Source of the DNA: Patescibacteria group bacterium
Lineage (GTDB): Bacteria > Patescibacteriota > Gracilibacteria > UBA1369 > GCA-2718715
Length of the DNA stretch: 64,000 nt
NCBI GenBank assembly: GCA_965660075.1
Contig: CBFHYO010000065.1
Span: 538 to 64,537, forward strand
Reading direction: 5' to 3'
Every line of letters begins with the position of its first letter. Position 1 is the stretch's first letter. Both the position numbers and the translations under genes were made by a program. Under the pieces are notes generated by a model that was given only the letters and a program-made list of their open reading frames with translations, did no database searches and was not told the DNA's origin. Below are positions 27,249-36,263 of this stretch, one piece after another.

Positions 27249-28379
27249 ATGCAAGAACAATCTTTAAAGTTTCATTCGGAACTTAATGGTAAAATTAAAA
27301 TCACTCCTACTCATGAATTTAAAGATCATGAGGATTTAAAAATGGTATATACCCCTGGCATGGCTTATGCAGTTGAAGAAATTGCGCGAGATCCAAAGCT
27401 TTCATTTAAATACACTTGGAGAAGCAAGTCTGTTGCAATTTTGTGCGATGGGACTGCTGTTCTGGGATATGGAAATATTGGACCAGAGGCAGCTATTCCA
27501 GTTATGGAAGGTAAAAGTGTGATCTTTGAACACTTTGCTGGATTATCTGCTATTCCAATGTGTGTAAGAACTCAATCAGCAGAAGAAGTTATTAAACTTG
27601 CTAAACAAATTGAGCCAAGTTTTGGAGCGATTCAACTAGAAGACATCAAAGCTCCAGAATGTTTTGAAATAGAGAGAACTCTCAAAAAAGAACTATCCAT
27701 CCCTGTTTTTCATGATGATCAACATGGAACTGCTGTGGTTACTTTGGCAGGTCTTATAAATAGTTTACCACTGGTAAATAAAACTAAAGAAGATATTAAA
27801 ATTGTAATCAATGGTGCTGGTGCTGCTGGATTAGCTACTGCTAAACTATTAGACAAATATGGATTTAAAAACATCATTATTTTGGATTCTCGAGGCATCT
27901 TAAGTTCTGACAGAAATGATTTAAACAAATATAAAATTGAGGCTTTAGAATTTTCAAACCCAGAAAACATATCTGGTGATTTAGACTTAGCCCTTCAAAA
28001 TGCCGATGTTTTTATAGGTGTAAGTGTGCGTGATTTACTAACAAAAAAACATATTGAATCAATGAATTCAAAACCTATCATTTTTGCTTTGGCGAATCCT
28101 GTTCCAGAAATCATGCCAGAGAAAGCATTGGAATATGGTGCTTTTATAATTGGAACTGGTCGGGCTGATTATCCAAATCAGGTAAATAATGTTTTGGCTT
28201 TTCCTGGGATTGTAAAGGGTGCTATGGATTCGAATTCACAAATTAGTGAAGAGCTTTTGGTTAATGCAGCAATTGGGTTGGCTAAATGCGTTGAAAATCC
28301 AACACCAGAAAAAATTATTCCTGGTGCTTTTGACAAAGGGGTATTCGAATCTGTTTATAACGAAATTGTAAAAAATTAA
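27249..28379 (+). CDS. NAD(P)-dependent malic enzyme (short form)
   Basis: It has LKMVYTPGMAYAVEEI, PVMEGKSVIF, FHDDQHGTAVV and the dinucleotide fold INGAGAAG. Confidence 0.88.
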   Translation: MQEQSLKFHSELNGKIKITPTHEFKDHEDLKMVYTPGMAYAVEEIARDPKLSFKYTWRSKSVAILCDGTAVLGYGNIGPEAAIPVMEGKSVIFEHFAGLSAIPMCVRTQSAEEVIKLAKQIEPSFGAIQLEDIKAPECFEIERTLKKELSIPVFHDDQHGTAVVTLAGLINSLPLVNKTKEDIKIVINGAGAAGLATAKLLDKYGFKNIIILDSRGILSSDRNDLNKYKIEALEFSNPENISGDLDLALQNADVFIGVSVRDLLTKKHIESMNSKPIIFALANPVPEIMPEKALEYGAFIIGTGRADYPNQVNNVLAFPGIVKGAMDSNSQISEELLVNAAIGLAKCVENPTPEKIIPGAFDKGVFESVYNEIVKN

Positions 28380-28831
28380 GAGCTTTTATTATCTAAGCGT
28401 GCTAATTCACTTTTAAACGAATCGATATCATCGAAGTCTTTATAGACTGATGCAAATCTAATGTAGGCAACCTGATCAAGCTCCAATAGACTGTCCATAA
28501 TATCTTGGCCGATTATCTTGGAGCTGATTTTTTTGCCGTGAGATAGCCACTTGTGCTCTAAAAGTTTAATTAGATTTGCTACTTGTTCAGATTCAACAGG
28601 ACGTTTTTGAAGTGCTCGTAAGATACCTCTTTCAACTTTTTGTCTATTGTAAGGCTCTAGGCAGTTTTCTCTTTTTTCTACCATGAAAGATGGTGTCTCG
28701 TAACGTTCAAAAGTATTAAATCTGTAGTTACAATTTTCGCAACTTCGACGTCGTCTTATAGCGGTTTTTTCATCGTAGTCTCTTGAGTCGATAACTTTTG
28801 TATCAAGGCTACTGCATTTTGGACATTGCAT
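28376..28831 (-). CDS. nrdR: Transcriptional repressor NrdR
   Basis: It has the zinc ribbon MQCPKCSSLDTKVIDSR...CENCNYRFNTFE followed by an ATP-cone. Confidence 0.92.
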   Translation of the reverse strand: MQCPKCSSLDTKVIDSRDYDEKTAIRRRRSCENCNYRFNTFERYETPSFMVEKRENCLEPYNRQKVERGILRALQKRPVESEQVANLIKLLEHKWLSHGKKISSKIIGQDIMDSLLELDQVAYIRFASVYKDFDDIDSFKSELARLDNKSS

Positions 28832-28921
28832 AAAAATTTTTATTTAAGCAAATTGATTTTAATATTTAAAATTATTCAAGACAACGGTAGAATATAAAAA
28901 GAACTTGTCTATTCCCCTATT

Positions 28922-29821
28922 ATGAAACTTAATACATGCATTCATAAATTTCTAATTTATTTAGAAGTTGAAAAAAACAAATCGGCTAAAACTATAGAAA
29001 ACTACCAACACTATTTAAAAAGATTTGTAGGATTTTTTGGTGATGTGGATATTACCTCTATTGATTATGATAAAATGCAAAGTTATAGATTATATTTAAA
29101 CAGAACTAAATTTGAGCCATTAATGCAAATGCTTTCGAAAAAAACTCAGAATTATCACATGATTGCTGTTCGAGCATTGTTAAAATACTTAGCAAAAGTG
29201 GATATAGAATGTATGTCAGCAGAAAAAATTGAATTAATGGCAACTCCTAAACGAGTAGTAGATTTTTTAGAACCAAAGGAAATTCAGAAACTACTCTCAA
29301 GTTTTGATGTAGACTCAGATATTGGTCTTCGAAACAAAGCAATTTGCGAAGTGCTTTTTGCAACGGGCTTGCGTGTTTCGGAGCTTCGAAGCTTGAATCG
29401 AAAACAATTTGATAACGACATGGAAAGTGTAACAATTACTGGTAAAGGTCGTAAGTCTCGGATTGTGTTTTTTTCTCCACGTGCACTTGAGGCAATTCAT
29501 AAATATTTAAATTTACGAACTGACAATGATCCTGCTTTGTTTATAAGCCATAGAGCAGCTGAGAACAAGGATATGAGACTATCGGCTTATTCAATTCAAG
29601 AAATGATAAGAAAACAATCTTTAAAAGCTGGAATTAGTAAAAAGGTTACACCGCATACTTTGCGGCATAGTTTTGCTACCTACTTGCTTGATAACGGAGC
29701 TGATTTGCGAGGAGTTCAAGAATTACTGGGTCATAGCTCGATTACAACAACTCAAATTTATACTCACTTGACCAACAGAAAATTGCAGCAGGTGCACGCA
29801 AAAATCAACAACTTTGGTTGA
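28922..29821 (+). CDS. xerC: Tyrosine recombinase, XerC/XerD family
   Basis: It has an N-terminal SAM-like domain. The catalytic residues appear in ATGLRVSEL (R), HTLRHSFAT (HxxR) and LGHSSITTTQIYTH (H, Y). It ends with a TGA stop. Confidence 0.85.
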   Translation: MKLNTCIHKFLIYLEVEKNKSAKTIENYQHYLKRFVGFFGDVDITSIDYDKMQSYRLYLNRTKFEPLMQMLSKKTQNYHMIAVRALLKYLAKVDIECMSAEKIELMATPKRVVDFLEPKEIQKLLSSFDVDSDIGLRNKAICEVLFATGLRVSELRSLNRKQFDNDMESVTITGKGRKSRIVFFSPRALEAIHKYLNLRTDNDPALFISHRAAENKDMRLSAYSIQEMIRKQSLKAGISKKVTPHTLRHSFATYLLDNGADLRGVQELLGHSSITTTQIYTHLTNRKLQQVHAKINNFG

Positions 29822-29865
29822 CACAACAGCATGGTTTGAGTATGGTAATCTCCATAAATATATTT

Positions 29866-30867
29866 ATGCGTAAATCTTTTCTGCTTATTGTTATAACAAT
29901 TGTAAATCTGATTATTTCAGGTTTTGGCAGTTATGTTTTTGATACTACTATTCAACAGCCATTTTTTTATAGTGATGATCAGATTAAGTTTGCTTTGAAA
30001 TACACAAACAGATCTTTGGAGACTCGTTTGTTGAAACTTAACGATCGTTGCCACTCTAGTTTTAGAATGTTTGATAATAACTTTAACCAAGTATACCCAC
30101 TTAATAGATCCGAAGTTTTATGCAACAACTACTACGAAAATTTTGTTTATTTAGCACCAAAACAAAGTGTTATTTTTAGGTTTACTTTAGATGCTAAAAT
30201 ATTTAAACCTGGAAAATATTACGTGCAAGGTTTATTGAGCAACTTTGCCCCTGGACAACAAATTCCATTTGAAATTATAGAAAAACCCACTTTATACGCT
30301 GGTTTAAACCAAGCTTGTGGAAGTGCGATAAACAAAACATGTGACATTGGTTTGGAGTGCAACTTGAAAGTTTCTCACGTTAAAAACATGGGGGTGTGTG
30401 TGAATGCAGGATCAAACCCTATTTTGAACCCTAAAAAACAATTTTTTGGAGACCCGGTCTTATCTACCACACTTCCATCTGCTGGAATAGATTCTAATTC
30501 TGGTAAAATTTTGAATGTTAGCGACCTGGATTTTTACTCAAATGACTTAGTTACTGCATCTGATTTTAAGCAATTGGTTTTTAATAAAGCATTGGTTCAA
30601 ATAGACTTAGCTGATTCGAATAAAAATCTTACTAAACAGCAGGCTGTATTTTTGCTTTACTATTATTTATATTCAAAACAACAACCGATGAGTTTAACCG
30701 GTTTATTTTTCCTAGATACAATTGGCTCAAATTATAGCAAATATATAGACGCAGCCTACTCGCTTGGGGTTCTAGATTCTAAAGAAAAATATTTTTATCC
30801 AAATAGGCTTGTTACACGTTCAGAAGTTATGATTTGGATAAATAAGTTTTTAAAAATTAAACAATAA
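29866..30867 (+). CDS. Secreted Cys-containing protein with a C-terminal SLH domain
   Basis: The signal-like N-terminus is MRKSFLLIVITIVNLIISGFG. The C-terminus FLDTIGSNYSKYIDAAYSLGVLDSKEKYFYPNRLVTRSEVMIWINKFL fits the S-layer-homology pattern. The track start at 29818 is TTG, and the ATG at 29866 is preferred. Confidence 0.6.
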   Translation: MRKSFLLIVITIVNLIISGFGSYVFDTTIQQPFFYSDDQIKFALKYTNRSLETRLLKLNDRCHSSFRMFDNNFNQVYPLNRSEVLCNNYYENFVYLAPKQSVIFRFTLDAKIFKPGKYYVQGLLSNFAPGQQIPFEIIEKPTLYAGLNQACGSAINKTCDIGLECNLKVSHVKNMGVCVNAGSNPILNPKKQFFGDPVLSTTLPSAGIDSNSGKILNVSDLDFYSNDLVTASDFKQLVFNKALVQIDLADSNKNLTKQQAVFLLYYYLYSKQQPMSLTGLFFLDTIGSNYSKYIDAAYSLGVLDSKEKYFYPNRLVTRSEVMIWINKFLKIKQ

Positions 30868-30904
30868 TCTTTTAGATTTTAACAAAATTTGTTAAAATAG
30901 GATT

Positions 30905-31816
30905 ATGAAAAAACTTATCCCTCTACTTATCGTTCTTGCTTTTGTTTCTGGTGGTGTTTACTATCAGGAGCAACTCATCGATATGTTTTTGGGTTCTGGC
31001 AACTCATCTAATCAAGGCCCTGGAGCATCTTCTGGTCCTCCTAGTATGCCTGCTTTTGATTTTGGTCCTAGTGATCAAACACAGGCTGATGACCAATCAA
31101 CTGATACGAAAAGTTTAACAGAAGATACCACTTCTGAGACTCAGGATAGTGATTTAAATAGCTTAGATTTTGATACTACAGAATTAGATTCTTTGGACGT
31201 ATCCGAATTAGATGATTTGGATTTAGGGGGTGAGGATCAACTCGAACAAGAAGAAAGTTCAGAACAAGAACAAACTAGTCCTGCCATAACTTCTGGTCCT
31301 CCTAGTATGCCTGCATTTAATTTTGGACCGCCTGTAGAGCCGGCACCGCTAGAAGTTGCTAGTCAAGAAGCAATGCCTATGGAGGTTGTAGCTTTGAATT
31401 CTGAGAAAATTAAAACACCAGATTTGTCTCCGCAAGAATTTAAAAATTCTTTTTTAAAGTTTGATTACCCTGTCAATATTACAGCTCAAAGTGTGAGTTT
31501 GAGTTCTGTGGATCTTAATAGTATCGAAGATAAACTATTGAATTTAAGCTTTTTTAACAATCAAGACAGGTTATCTGTTAAGGAATTTGTAGCAGAGTCC
31601 TCTAATGTGACCGACTTTTTTGAAAATTTACAACCAGAGAGTCTAGAAATAGAAAATGTAGATGAGGTTTTTGTAGTCGCAGATGTTGCCTTGGCTACTA
31701 AATTTTATTTAATCAAAGCTGATAATATTTTTGTACTGATAGAAATGGATATTGATAAAAACTATGAATTTATTGAACAGATAATTATTCCTTCAATAGA
31801 ATCACAAATACTATAA
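30905..31816 (+). CDS. Anchored or secreted acidic low-complexity protein with duplicated SGPPSMPAF(D/N)FGP motif
   Basis: It has an N-terminal hydrophobic helix and D/E/S/T-rich tracts. A 39-nt DNA repeat lies at 31031-31069 and 31292-31330. I recognise no family. Confidence 0.55.
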   Translation: MKKLIPLLIVLAFVSGGVYYQEQLIDMFLGSGNSSNQGPGASSGPPSMPAFDFGPSDQTQADDQSTDTKSLTEDTTSETQDSDLNSLDFDTTELDSLDVSELDDLDLGGEDQLEQEESSEQEQTSPAITSGPPSMPAFNFGPPVEPAPLEVASQEAMPMEVVALNSEKIKTPDLSPQEFKNSFLKFDYPVNITAQSVSLSSVDLNSIEDKLLNLSFFNNQDRLSVKEFVAESSNVTDFFENLQPESLEIENVDEVFVVADVALATKFYLIKADNIFVLIEMDIDKNYEFIEQIIIPSIESQIL

Positions 31817-31825
31817 TTTTCAGAT

Positions 31826-33229
31826 ATGAAACTCTCTTTTTATGGAGCCGCCCGAGAGGTTACTGGTTCTAAACATTTACTAACAATTAACGGCAAGAAG
31901 ATACTCTTGGATTGTGGTATTTTCCAGGGTCATAGAGACAAGTCCGCCGCTAAAAATAAGGATTTAATGTTTGAATCTAAGACAGTAGATTATGTGATTC
32001 TTTCACATGCTCACATGGATCATAGTGGACTACTGCCTTTGCTTGTAAAAAAGGGCTTTGGTGGACCTATTATCACAACTTCTGCAACTCGAGAGTTATG
32101 TACATTTATGCTGCAAGACTCTGCAATCATTCAAGAAAACGATGTGGCTTGGCTTCTTAAGCACAAAAAAGAGGTTGTCGAACCACTTTATACTACTGAA
32201 GATGTAATCCCAACTCTGAATCAAATGCTAACCGTACCATACAATATGGGTTATCAAATTTGTGAAGGTGTTCGCGTTACATTTTTAGATGCGGGACATA
32301 TTCTTGGATCCTCAATTACAGTATTAGACATTATAGAAGATGGAGTGGAATATAGACTTACATTCACTGGTGATCTTGGTCGAAAAGGCTTACCTATTCT
32401 GCGCGATCCCCAATTGGTTGATTCCACAGATATATTGATTACAGAGTCAACTTATGGGAATAGATTTCATAAGTTTATTGATGATGTAGATGTCTATCTT
32501 GAAGAAGTTTTAAACAAAGCAATTAAACGAGGTGGTAAAATCATTATTCCAGCGTTTGCGCTCGAGAGAACTCAAGAAGTAGTTTACTATCTACATTTAC
32601 TAATCAAACAAGGTCGGATACCGCAGATTCCAATTTTTGTAGATTCACCTTTGGCAACTGATGTTACAGATGTTTTTCGAGCTCATCCAGAATGTTTTGA
32701 CAAAGAAGTTTACGATGAATTCTGCAGTGACAACTCAAATCCTTTTGGTTTTGGTATGCTTAAATACACTCGAAGTGTAGAAGAATCAAAATCGTTAAAT
32801 CACAAACATGGACCCTTTGTAATTGTATCTGCGTCTGGTATGTGTGAATTTGGACGGGTTGTGCATCATTTAAAAAATAACATAACAGATCCAAATAATT
32901 TGGTTTTGATTGTTGGTTTTCAAGCTGAAAATACACTTGGACGTAAACTTGTTGATGGAGATAAGGCTGTGAGAATACATGGAGAGATATTCCCTGTGAA
33001 AGCTGAAATTGTTGTTGTAGATGCATTTAGTGGGCATGCTGATAGATCTGACTTAATGACTTTTGTTTCAAATATTAAAGACCTTAAAAAGGCATTCATT
33101 GTGCATGGAGAAGAAACTCAAGCGGAAACATTCTCTAAGATTCTTTCTGAAACACATCCAGAAGTTGAGAGTTTTGTTCCTAGTCGTGGGGAGAGTTTTG
33201 AAATTGATCCAAAACAATTTAAAAAATAA
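31826..33229 (+). CDS. Metallo-beta-lactamase / beta-CASP family ribonuclease
   Basis: It has the HxHxDH motif (SHAHMDHSG), its length is about 467 aa, and the C-terminal region (SGHAD) is typical of bacterial CPSF73/RNase J-like beta-CASP proteins. Confidence 0.8.
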   Translation: MKLSFYGAAREVTGSKHLLTINGKKILLDCGIFQGHRDKSAAKNKDLMFESKTVDYVILSHAHMDHSGLLPLLVKKGFGGPIITTSATRELCTFMLQDSAIIQENDVAWLLKHKKEVVEPLYTTEDVIPTLNQMLTVPYNMGYQICEGVRVTFLDAGHILGSSITVLDIIEDGVEYRLTFTGDLGRKGLPILRDPQLVDSTDILITESTYGNRFHKFIDDVDVYLEEVLNKAIKRGGKIIIPAFALERTQEVVYYLHLLIKQGRIPQIPIFVDSPLATDVTDVFRAHPECFDKEVYDEFCSDNSNPFGFGMLKYTRSVEESKSLNHKHGPFVIVSASGMCEFGRVVHHLKNNITDPNNLVLIVGFQAENTLGRKLVDGDKAVRIHGEIFPVKAEIVVVDAFSGHADRSDLMTFVSNIKDLKKAFIVHGEETQAETFSKILSETHPEVESFVPSRGESFEIDPKQFKK

Positions 33230-33276
33230 ATTTGACTTTTTAGACTGGTTGATTAGAATGGTAACACAAATCAATT

Positions 33277-33352
33277 GCGGGTGTCGTATAGTGGCTTATT
33301 ATGTCGGCCTTCCAAGCCGAAGAGGTGGGTTCGATTCCCATCACCCGCTCCA
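33277..33352 (+). tRNA. tRNA-Gly (anticodon UCC), CCA encoded
   Basis: It folds by hand. The acceptor stem is GCGGGTG/CACCCGC. The anticodon stem TCGGC/GCCGA carries the loop CTTCCAA. The T arm is GTGGG-TTCGATT-CCCAT, and the 3' end is TCCA. Confidence 0.9.
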
Positions 33353-33356
33353 CTTT

Positions 33357-33381
33357 CTCATCTACATGGTGAGTTTTTTTT
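33357..33381 (+). terminator. Rho-independent terminator after tRNA-Gly
   Basis: The hairpin is CTCATC-TACAT-GGTGAG followed by T8. Confidence 0.7.
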
Positions 33382-33444
33382 GTTTCTACCAAATTCTCGT
33401 CTTGGCTACTGGCTTATTTGTTTCGACCTTACCTAGCCATTGAT

Positions 33445-33473
33445 GTGGGTTTTGATTCCACACACCTGCTCCA
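33445..33473 (+). pseudogene. Degenerate tRNA 3' fragment (T-arm and acceptor remnant)
   Basis: GTGGGTTTTGATTCCACACACCTGCTCCA aligns to the tRNA-Gly 3' end GTGGGTTCGATTCCCATCACCCGCTCCA. The T stem no longer pairs. Confidence 0.6.
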
Positions 33474-33636
33474 CTTTCTCATCTACATGGTGAGTTTTTT
33501 TTGTTTCTACCAAATTCTCGTCTTGGCTAGTGGCTTATTTGTTTCGACCTTGGATATTTAGGTGTAAAATCACTTTCACTTGAGAGTAAAACTGTTTTAT
33601 ATTAGAGTGTGAACAAAATAATTATACTAAATTCAA

Positions 33637-34695
33637 ATGGCCAAAAAAGTTGCTCTATTGGCATCGGGTGGAGTTGATAGCTCTGTAGCTATGGGTTTGC
33701 TGAAACAGCAGGGGTATATTGTTGAGGCATTTTATCTGAAAATTTGGCTCGAAGACGAATTGAGATTTCTGGGAGATTGCCCTTGGGCCCAAGATGTGGA
33801 GTATTTAGAACAGGTCTGCAAACAACTAGATGTACCTTTGCATATATTACCAATGCAAAAAGAATACTTCGAAAGAGTTGTTGGCTACACTATTGATTCA
33901 GTAAAAAAGGGCCTCACCCCAAATCCAGACGTTATGTGCAATAATCATATTAAATTTGGTTTTTTTCTGGAAACCTTACCCGAAGGATTCGACTATGTGG
34001 CTTCTGGACACTATGCTCAGACTGGTGAGTTTGCAGGTGAAAAGTGTTTAAAGCAAGCGGTGGACCCTATTAAAGATCAAACTTATTTTTTGTCTCAGGT
34101 TCCCTTTGAACTTTTACCAAAAATTTTATTTCCAATTGGTCACTTGAGCAAGCCTCAAGTTCGAACGGAGGCAGAAAAACTCAACCTACCGAACAAAGAT
34201 CGAAAAGATTCACAAGGGATTTGTTTTCTGGGAAAACTTAAATTTAATGAATTTATTAATCATTATTTAGGAGATAAGACTGGAGACATTGTTGAGTTTG
34301 AATCTGGAGAAAAAGTTGGTGAGCACAAAGGTTTCTATTATCACACTCGTGGTCAACGCAAGGGCCTGGGTTTGTCTGGAGGACCTTGGTATGTGGTTTC
34401 TAAGGATATCGAAAAAAACATCGTCTATGTATCTAAAAACTATGAATTACTATCCGAAAGCCGAAAATTGTTTTGTGTAGAGAGCGGGAATTTTATAAAT
34501 GACAACTGGTTTATGAATCCAAATATTAAAGTTAAACTTCGGCATGGTCCAAAAATGTATGGCTGTAAAATTGAACAATTGGAAAATGGTTACAAGATAG
34601 AAATAGACTCAGCAGATCAAGGAATTTCGCCTGGTCAGTTTGCAGTTTTTTATTTAGATCAAATGGTGCTTGGGTCTGCAACCATTAAAGAATAA
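33637..34695 (+). CDS. mnmA: tRNA 2-thiouridine(34) synthase MnmA
   Basis: It has the PP-loop LASGGVDSSVA, plus TPNPDVMCNNHIKF and KDSQGICFLG. Confidence 0.92.
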   Translation: MAKKVALLASGGVDSSVAMGLLKQQGYIVEAFYLKIWLEDELRFLGDCPWAQDVEYLEQVCKQLDVPLHILPMQKEYFERVVGYTIDSVKKGLTPNPDVMCNNHIKFGFFLETLPEGFDYVASGHYAQTGEFAGEKCLKQAVDPIKDQTYFLSQVPFELLPKILFPIGHLSKPQVRTEAEKLNLPNKDRKDSQGICFLGKLKFNEFINHYLGDKTGDIVEFESGEKVGEHKGFYYHTRGQRKGLGLSGGPWYVVSKDIEKNIVYVSKNYELLSESRKLFCVESGNFINDNWFMNPNIKVKLRHGPKMYGCKIEQLENGYKIEIDSADQGISPGQFAVFYLDQMVLGSATIKE

Positions 34696-34759
34696 AAACA
34701 TTTGCTCAATTTTTAGTTGGGATTTAAAATGTAGATAATTAACATTAATCCCCTGCTCT

Positions 34760-35524
34760 GTGGCAACAAAAGATTCTAAAGACAAAAAAACAACTACAAA
34801 AAAAGTGGTAAAAAAATCATCTGAGGCAAAAGCTCCTCTAAAAAAGTCTCCAACTAAAACAAAAACTACTGCTAAAAAGCCAGATGGTGTGTTGGTTGCT
34901 ATTGGTGCATTTGTTGCATTGACATTGTTGGCGATTGCTCTTTCTGTGAGCATGGTACTTCAGAACTCAAATCAAGATGACTCTGTAGCTGCTGTTGTAT
35001 CTGAGGTTTCAGTAGAAAATGACTCTGTGCTTGGAGATCCTAATGCTCCAATTACTATTGTAGAATTTTCTGATTATAGTTGCCCGTTTTGTGCTAGACA
35101 CTTTACTGAGACTCTTCCACAAATTAAATCTGAATACATTGATTCGGGAATGGTAAAGTTAGTTTATCGTGATTTTGCTTTTAAAGGAGAAAAAAGTCAG
35201 AATTTAGCAGCAAGTGCTGAGTGTGCTGGAGAAAAAAGTGATGCAGACTTTTATAAGGTGCATGACTATATTTTTAGCAACCCTGGCGCTGATACAGAGG
35301 GTGTAATTGCATTTGGTGCAGAAAATGGACTAGGAGCTGACTTTGCAGAATGTGTTCGTAATGGTGACATGCTGAGTGAAGTACAGGCAGACATGGCAGA
35401 TGCTCAAAGTTATGGCGTTAATTCTACTCCAACATTCTTTATTAATGGAGAAAAAATTGTTGGCGCACAAGCTTTTGAGGCATTTAAGCAAGTGATTGAT
35501 AAAAAATTAGCAGAAATGGAATAA
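34760..35524 (+). CDS. Membrane-anchored DsbA-like thiol:disulfide oxidoreductase (CPFC active site)
   Basis: It uses a GTG start. The layout is a Lys-rich N-terminus, one TM helix, then a thioredoxin fold with FSDYSCPFCARHF and STPTFFINGEKIVG. Confidence 0.8.
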   Translation: MATKDSKDKKTTTKKVVKKSSEAKAPLKKSPTKTKTTAKKPDGVLVAIGAFVALTLLAIALSVSMVLQNSNQDDSVAAVVSEVSVENDSVLGDPNAPITIVEFSDYSCPFCARHFTETLPQIKSEYIDSGMVKLVYRDFAFKGEKSQNLAASAECAGEKSDADFYKVHDYIFSNPGADTEGVIAFGAENGLGADFAECVRNGDMLSEVQADMADAQSYGVNSTPTFFINGEKIVGAQAFEAFKQVIDKKLAEME

Positions 35525-35973
35525 TGCATTACTTCTCTTTACGAAACATCTCAGTTTTTTCTGGGATGTTTCTTTTGTTTTTTAGTCTTACAACTTGGAT
35601 GCTTACAAGCTTACCAGGCTCTAATAATATGGCGTGTGTTGTTGGTGCGTACTTAACTACTGGTAATATATTTATAAATCTCATCTTGTCTGTGGTTATC
35701 GCCCTGAGTATTGTGAATATGGTTGAATTTTCTGGTGTTCGCAAAAGATTTGTTTCAAAATCTGGGGTGATTGGTACGATATTAGCCTTTTTGACAAGCT
35801 TCTGTGCTGCGTGCACCCTTCCGATATTAGCTAGCCTTGGTATTGGAGGCTTGTTTAATTTTATCTCTTTGAATCATGGTGTTTTTCAGATGCTGGCTAT
35901 TTGTATGTGTTTATATGCGTTGTATTCAAGTCACAAGAAAGTCGTTTCTGAATGTAAAATGTGTCTGCAATGA
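35524..35973 (+). CDS. Cysteine-rich four-helix membrane protein (candidate redox partner of the DsbA-like protein)
   Basis: A TAATG overlap couples it to the upstream gene. Four hydrophobic segments and seven Cys are present, including FCAACTLPIL inside a helix, CMC, and a C-terminal CKMC. Confidence 0.55.
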   Translation: MHYFSLRNISVFSGMFLLFFSLTTWMLTSLPGSNNMACVVGAYLTTGNIFINLILSVVIALSIVNMVEFSGVRKRFVSKSGVIGTILAFLTSFCAACTLPILASLGIGGLFNFISLNHGVFQMLAICMCLYALYSSHKKVVSECKMCLQ

Positions 35974-36215
35974 ATTTAATTTTAAGCACTTTAGGTTTTT
36001 TGATTTTTTTTGCTTTGACTATGGCTTGTGCAGGAGTGTTATTGGTTAGATTGCTTTCGACTAAAGTGCTTACTTGGTTATTTGTTATAACTGTTGTAAT
36101 GACTACTTATTTTGGCAGCAGCGTATATTTACAAACACATGAACTAATAGATAAATTTTCACCAATGAATTTGATTAAATCTACCGATTTGTTTTCTAAA
36201 TTTGCTGAAAATTAA
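35970..36215 (+). CDS. Small membrane protein, unknown function
   Basis: An ATGA overlap couples it to the upstream gene. It has two or three hydrophobic helices. The track start at 35961 is GTG, and the ATG is at 35970. Confidence 0.5.
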   Translation: MNLILSTLGFLIFFALTMACAGVLLVRLLSTKVLTWLFVITVVMTTYFGSSVYLQTHELIDKFSPMNLIKSTDLFSKFAEN

Positions 36216-36263
36216 AAAACTTTTGACGAAAGCCAAAAGTTGGTGTAAAGTAGTTTTACAAAT

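Larger units (their letters stand above)
33347..33551 (+). repeat. Two-copy tandem duplication (period 121 nt) of the tRNA-Gly 3' end plus its terminator and flank
   Basis: Positions 33347-33430 and 33468-33551 are 84 nt each and differ at one position (ggctaCtgg versus ggctaGtgg). The second copy carries its own terminator hairpin and T8 at 33478-33502. Confidence 0.95.

Noticed and set aside
31031-31330. The 39-nt near-identical repeat pair inside the acidic protein gene as a template/variable-region pair of a diversity-generating retroelement.
   Set aside because: No reverse transcriptase gene is nearby. Both copies are in-frame parts of the same CDS, and the mismatches are not adenine-specific.
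33063-33443. The 126-aa plus-strand ORF (and the 68-aa minus-strand ORF 33068-33274) spanning the end of the RNase gene and tRNA-Gly.
   Set aside because: They overlap a well-supported CDS, the tRNA and its terminator. The peptides are low-complexity and hydrophobic, typical of out-of-frame AT-rich sequence.
28922-33551. A genomic island bounded by the XerC-like integrase and the tRNA-Gly 3' repeat.
   Set aside because: The duplicated tRNA 3' fragment lies 3' of the tRNA, only 121 nt away, with nothing inserted. The recombinase is on the 5' side and looks like a housekeeping Xer. The intervening genes include a conserved beta-CASP RNase.
33347-33551. A CRISPR-like array or other multi-copy repeat at the two tRNA-linked repeats (also 41835-42085).
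   Set aside because: There are only two copies each, the units are 84-121 nt long, there is no repeat-spacer periodicity, and no cas genes are present.
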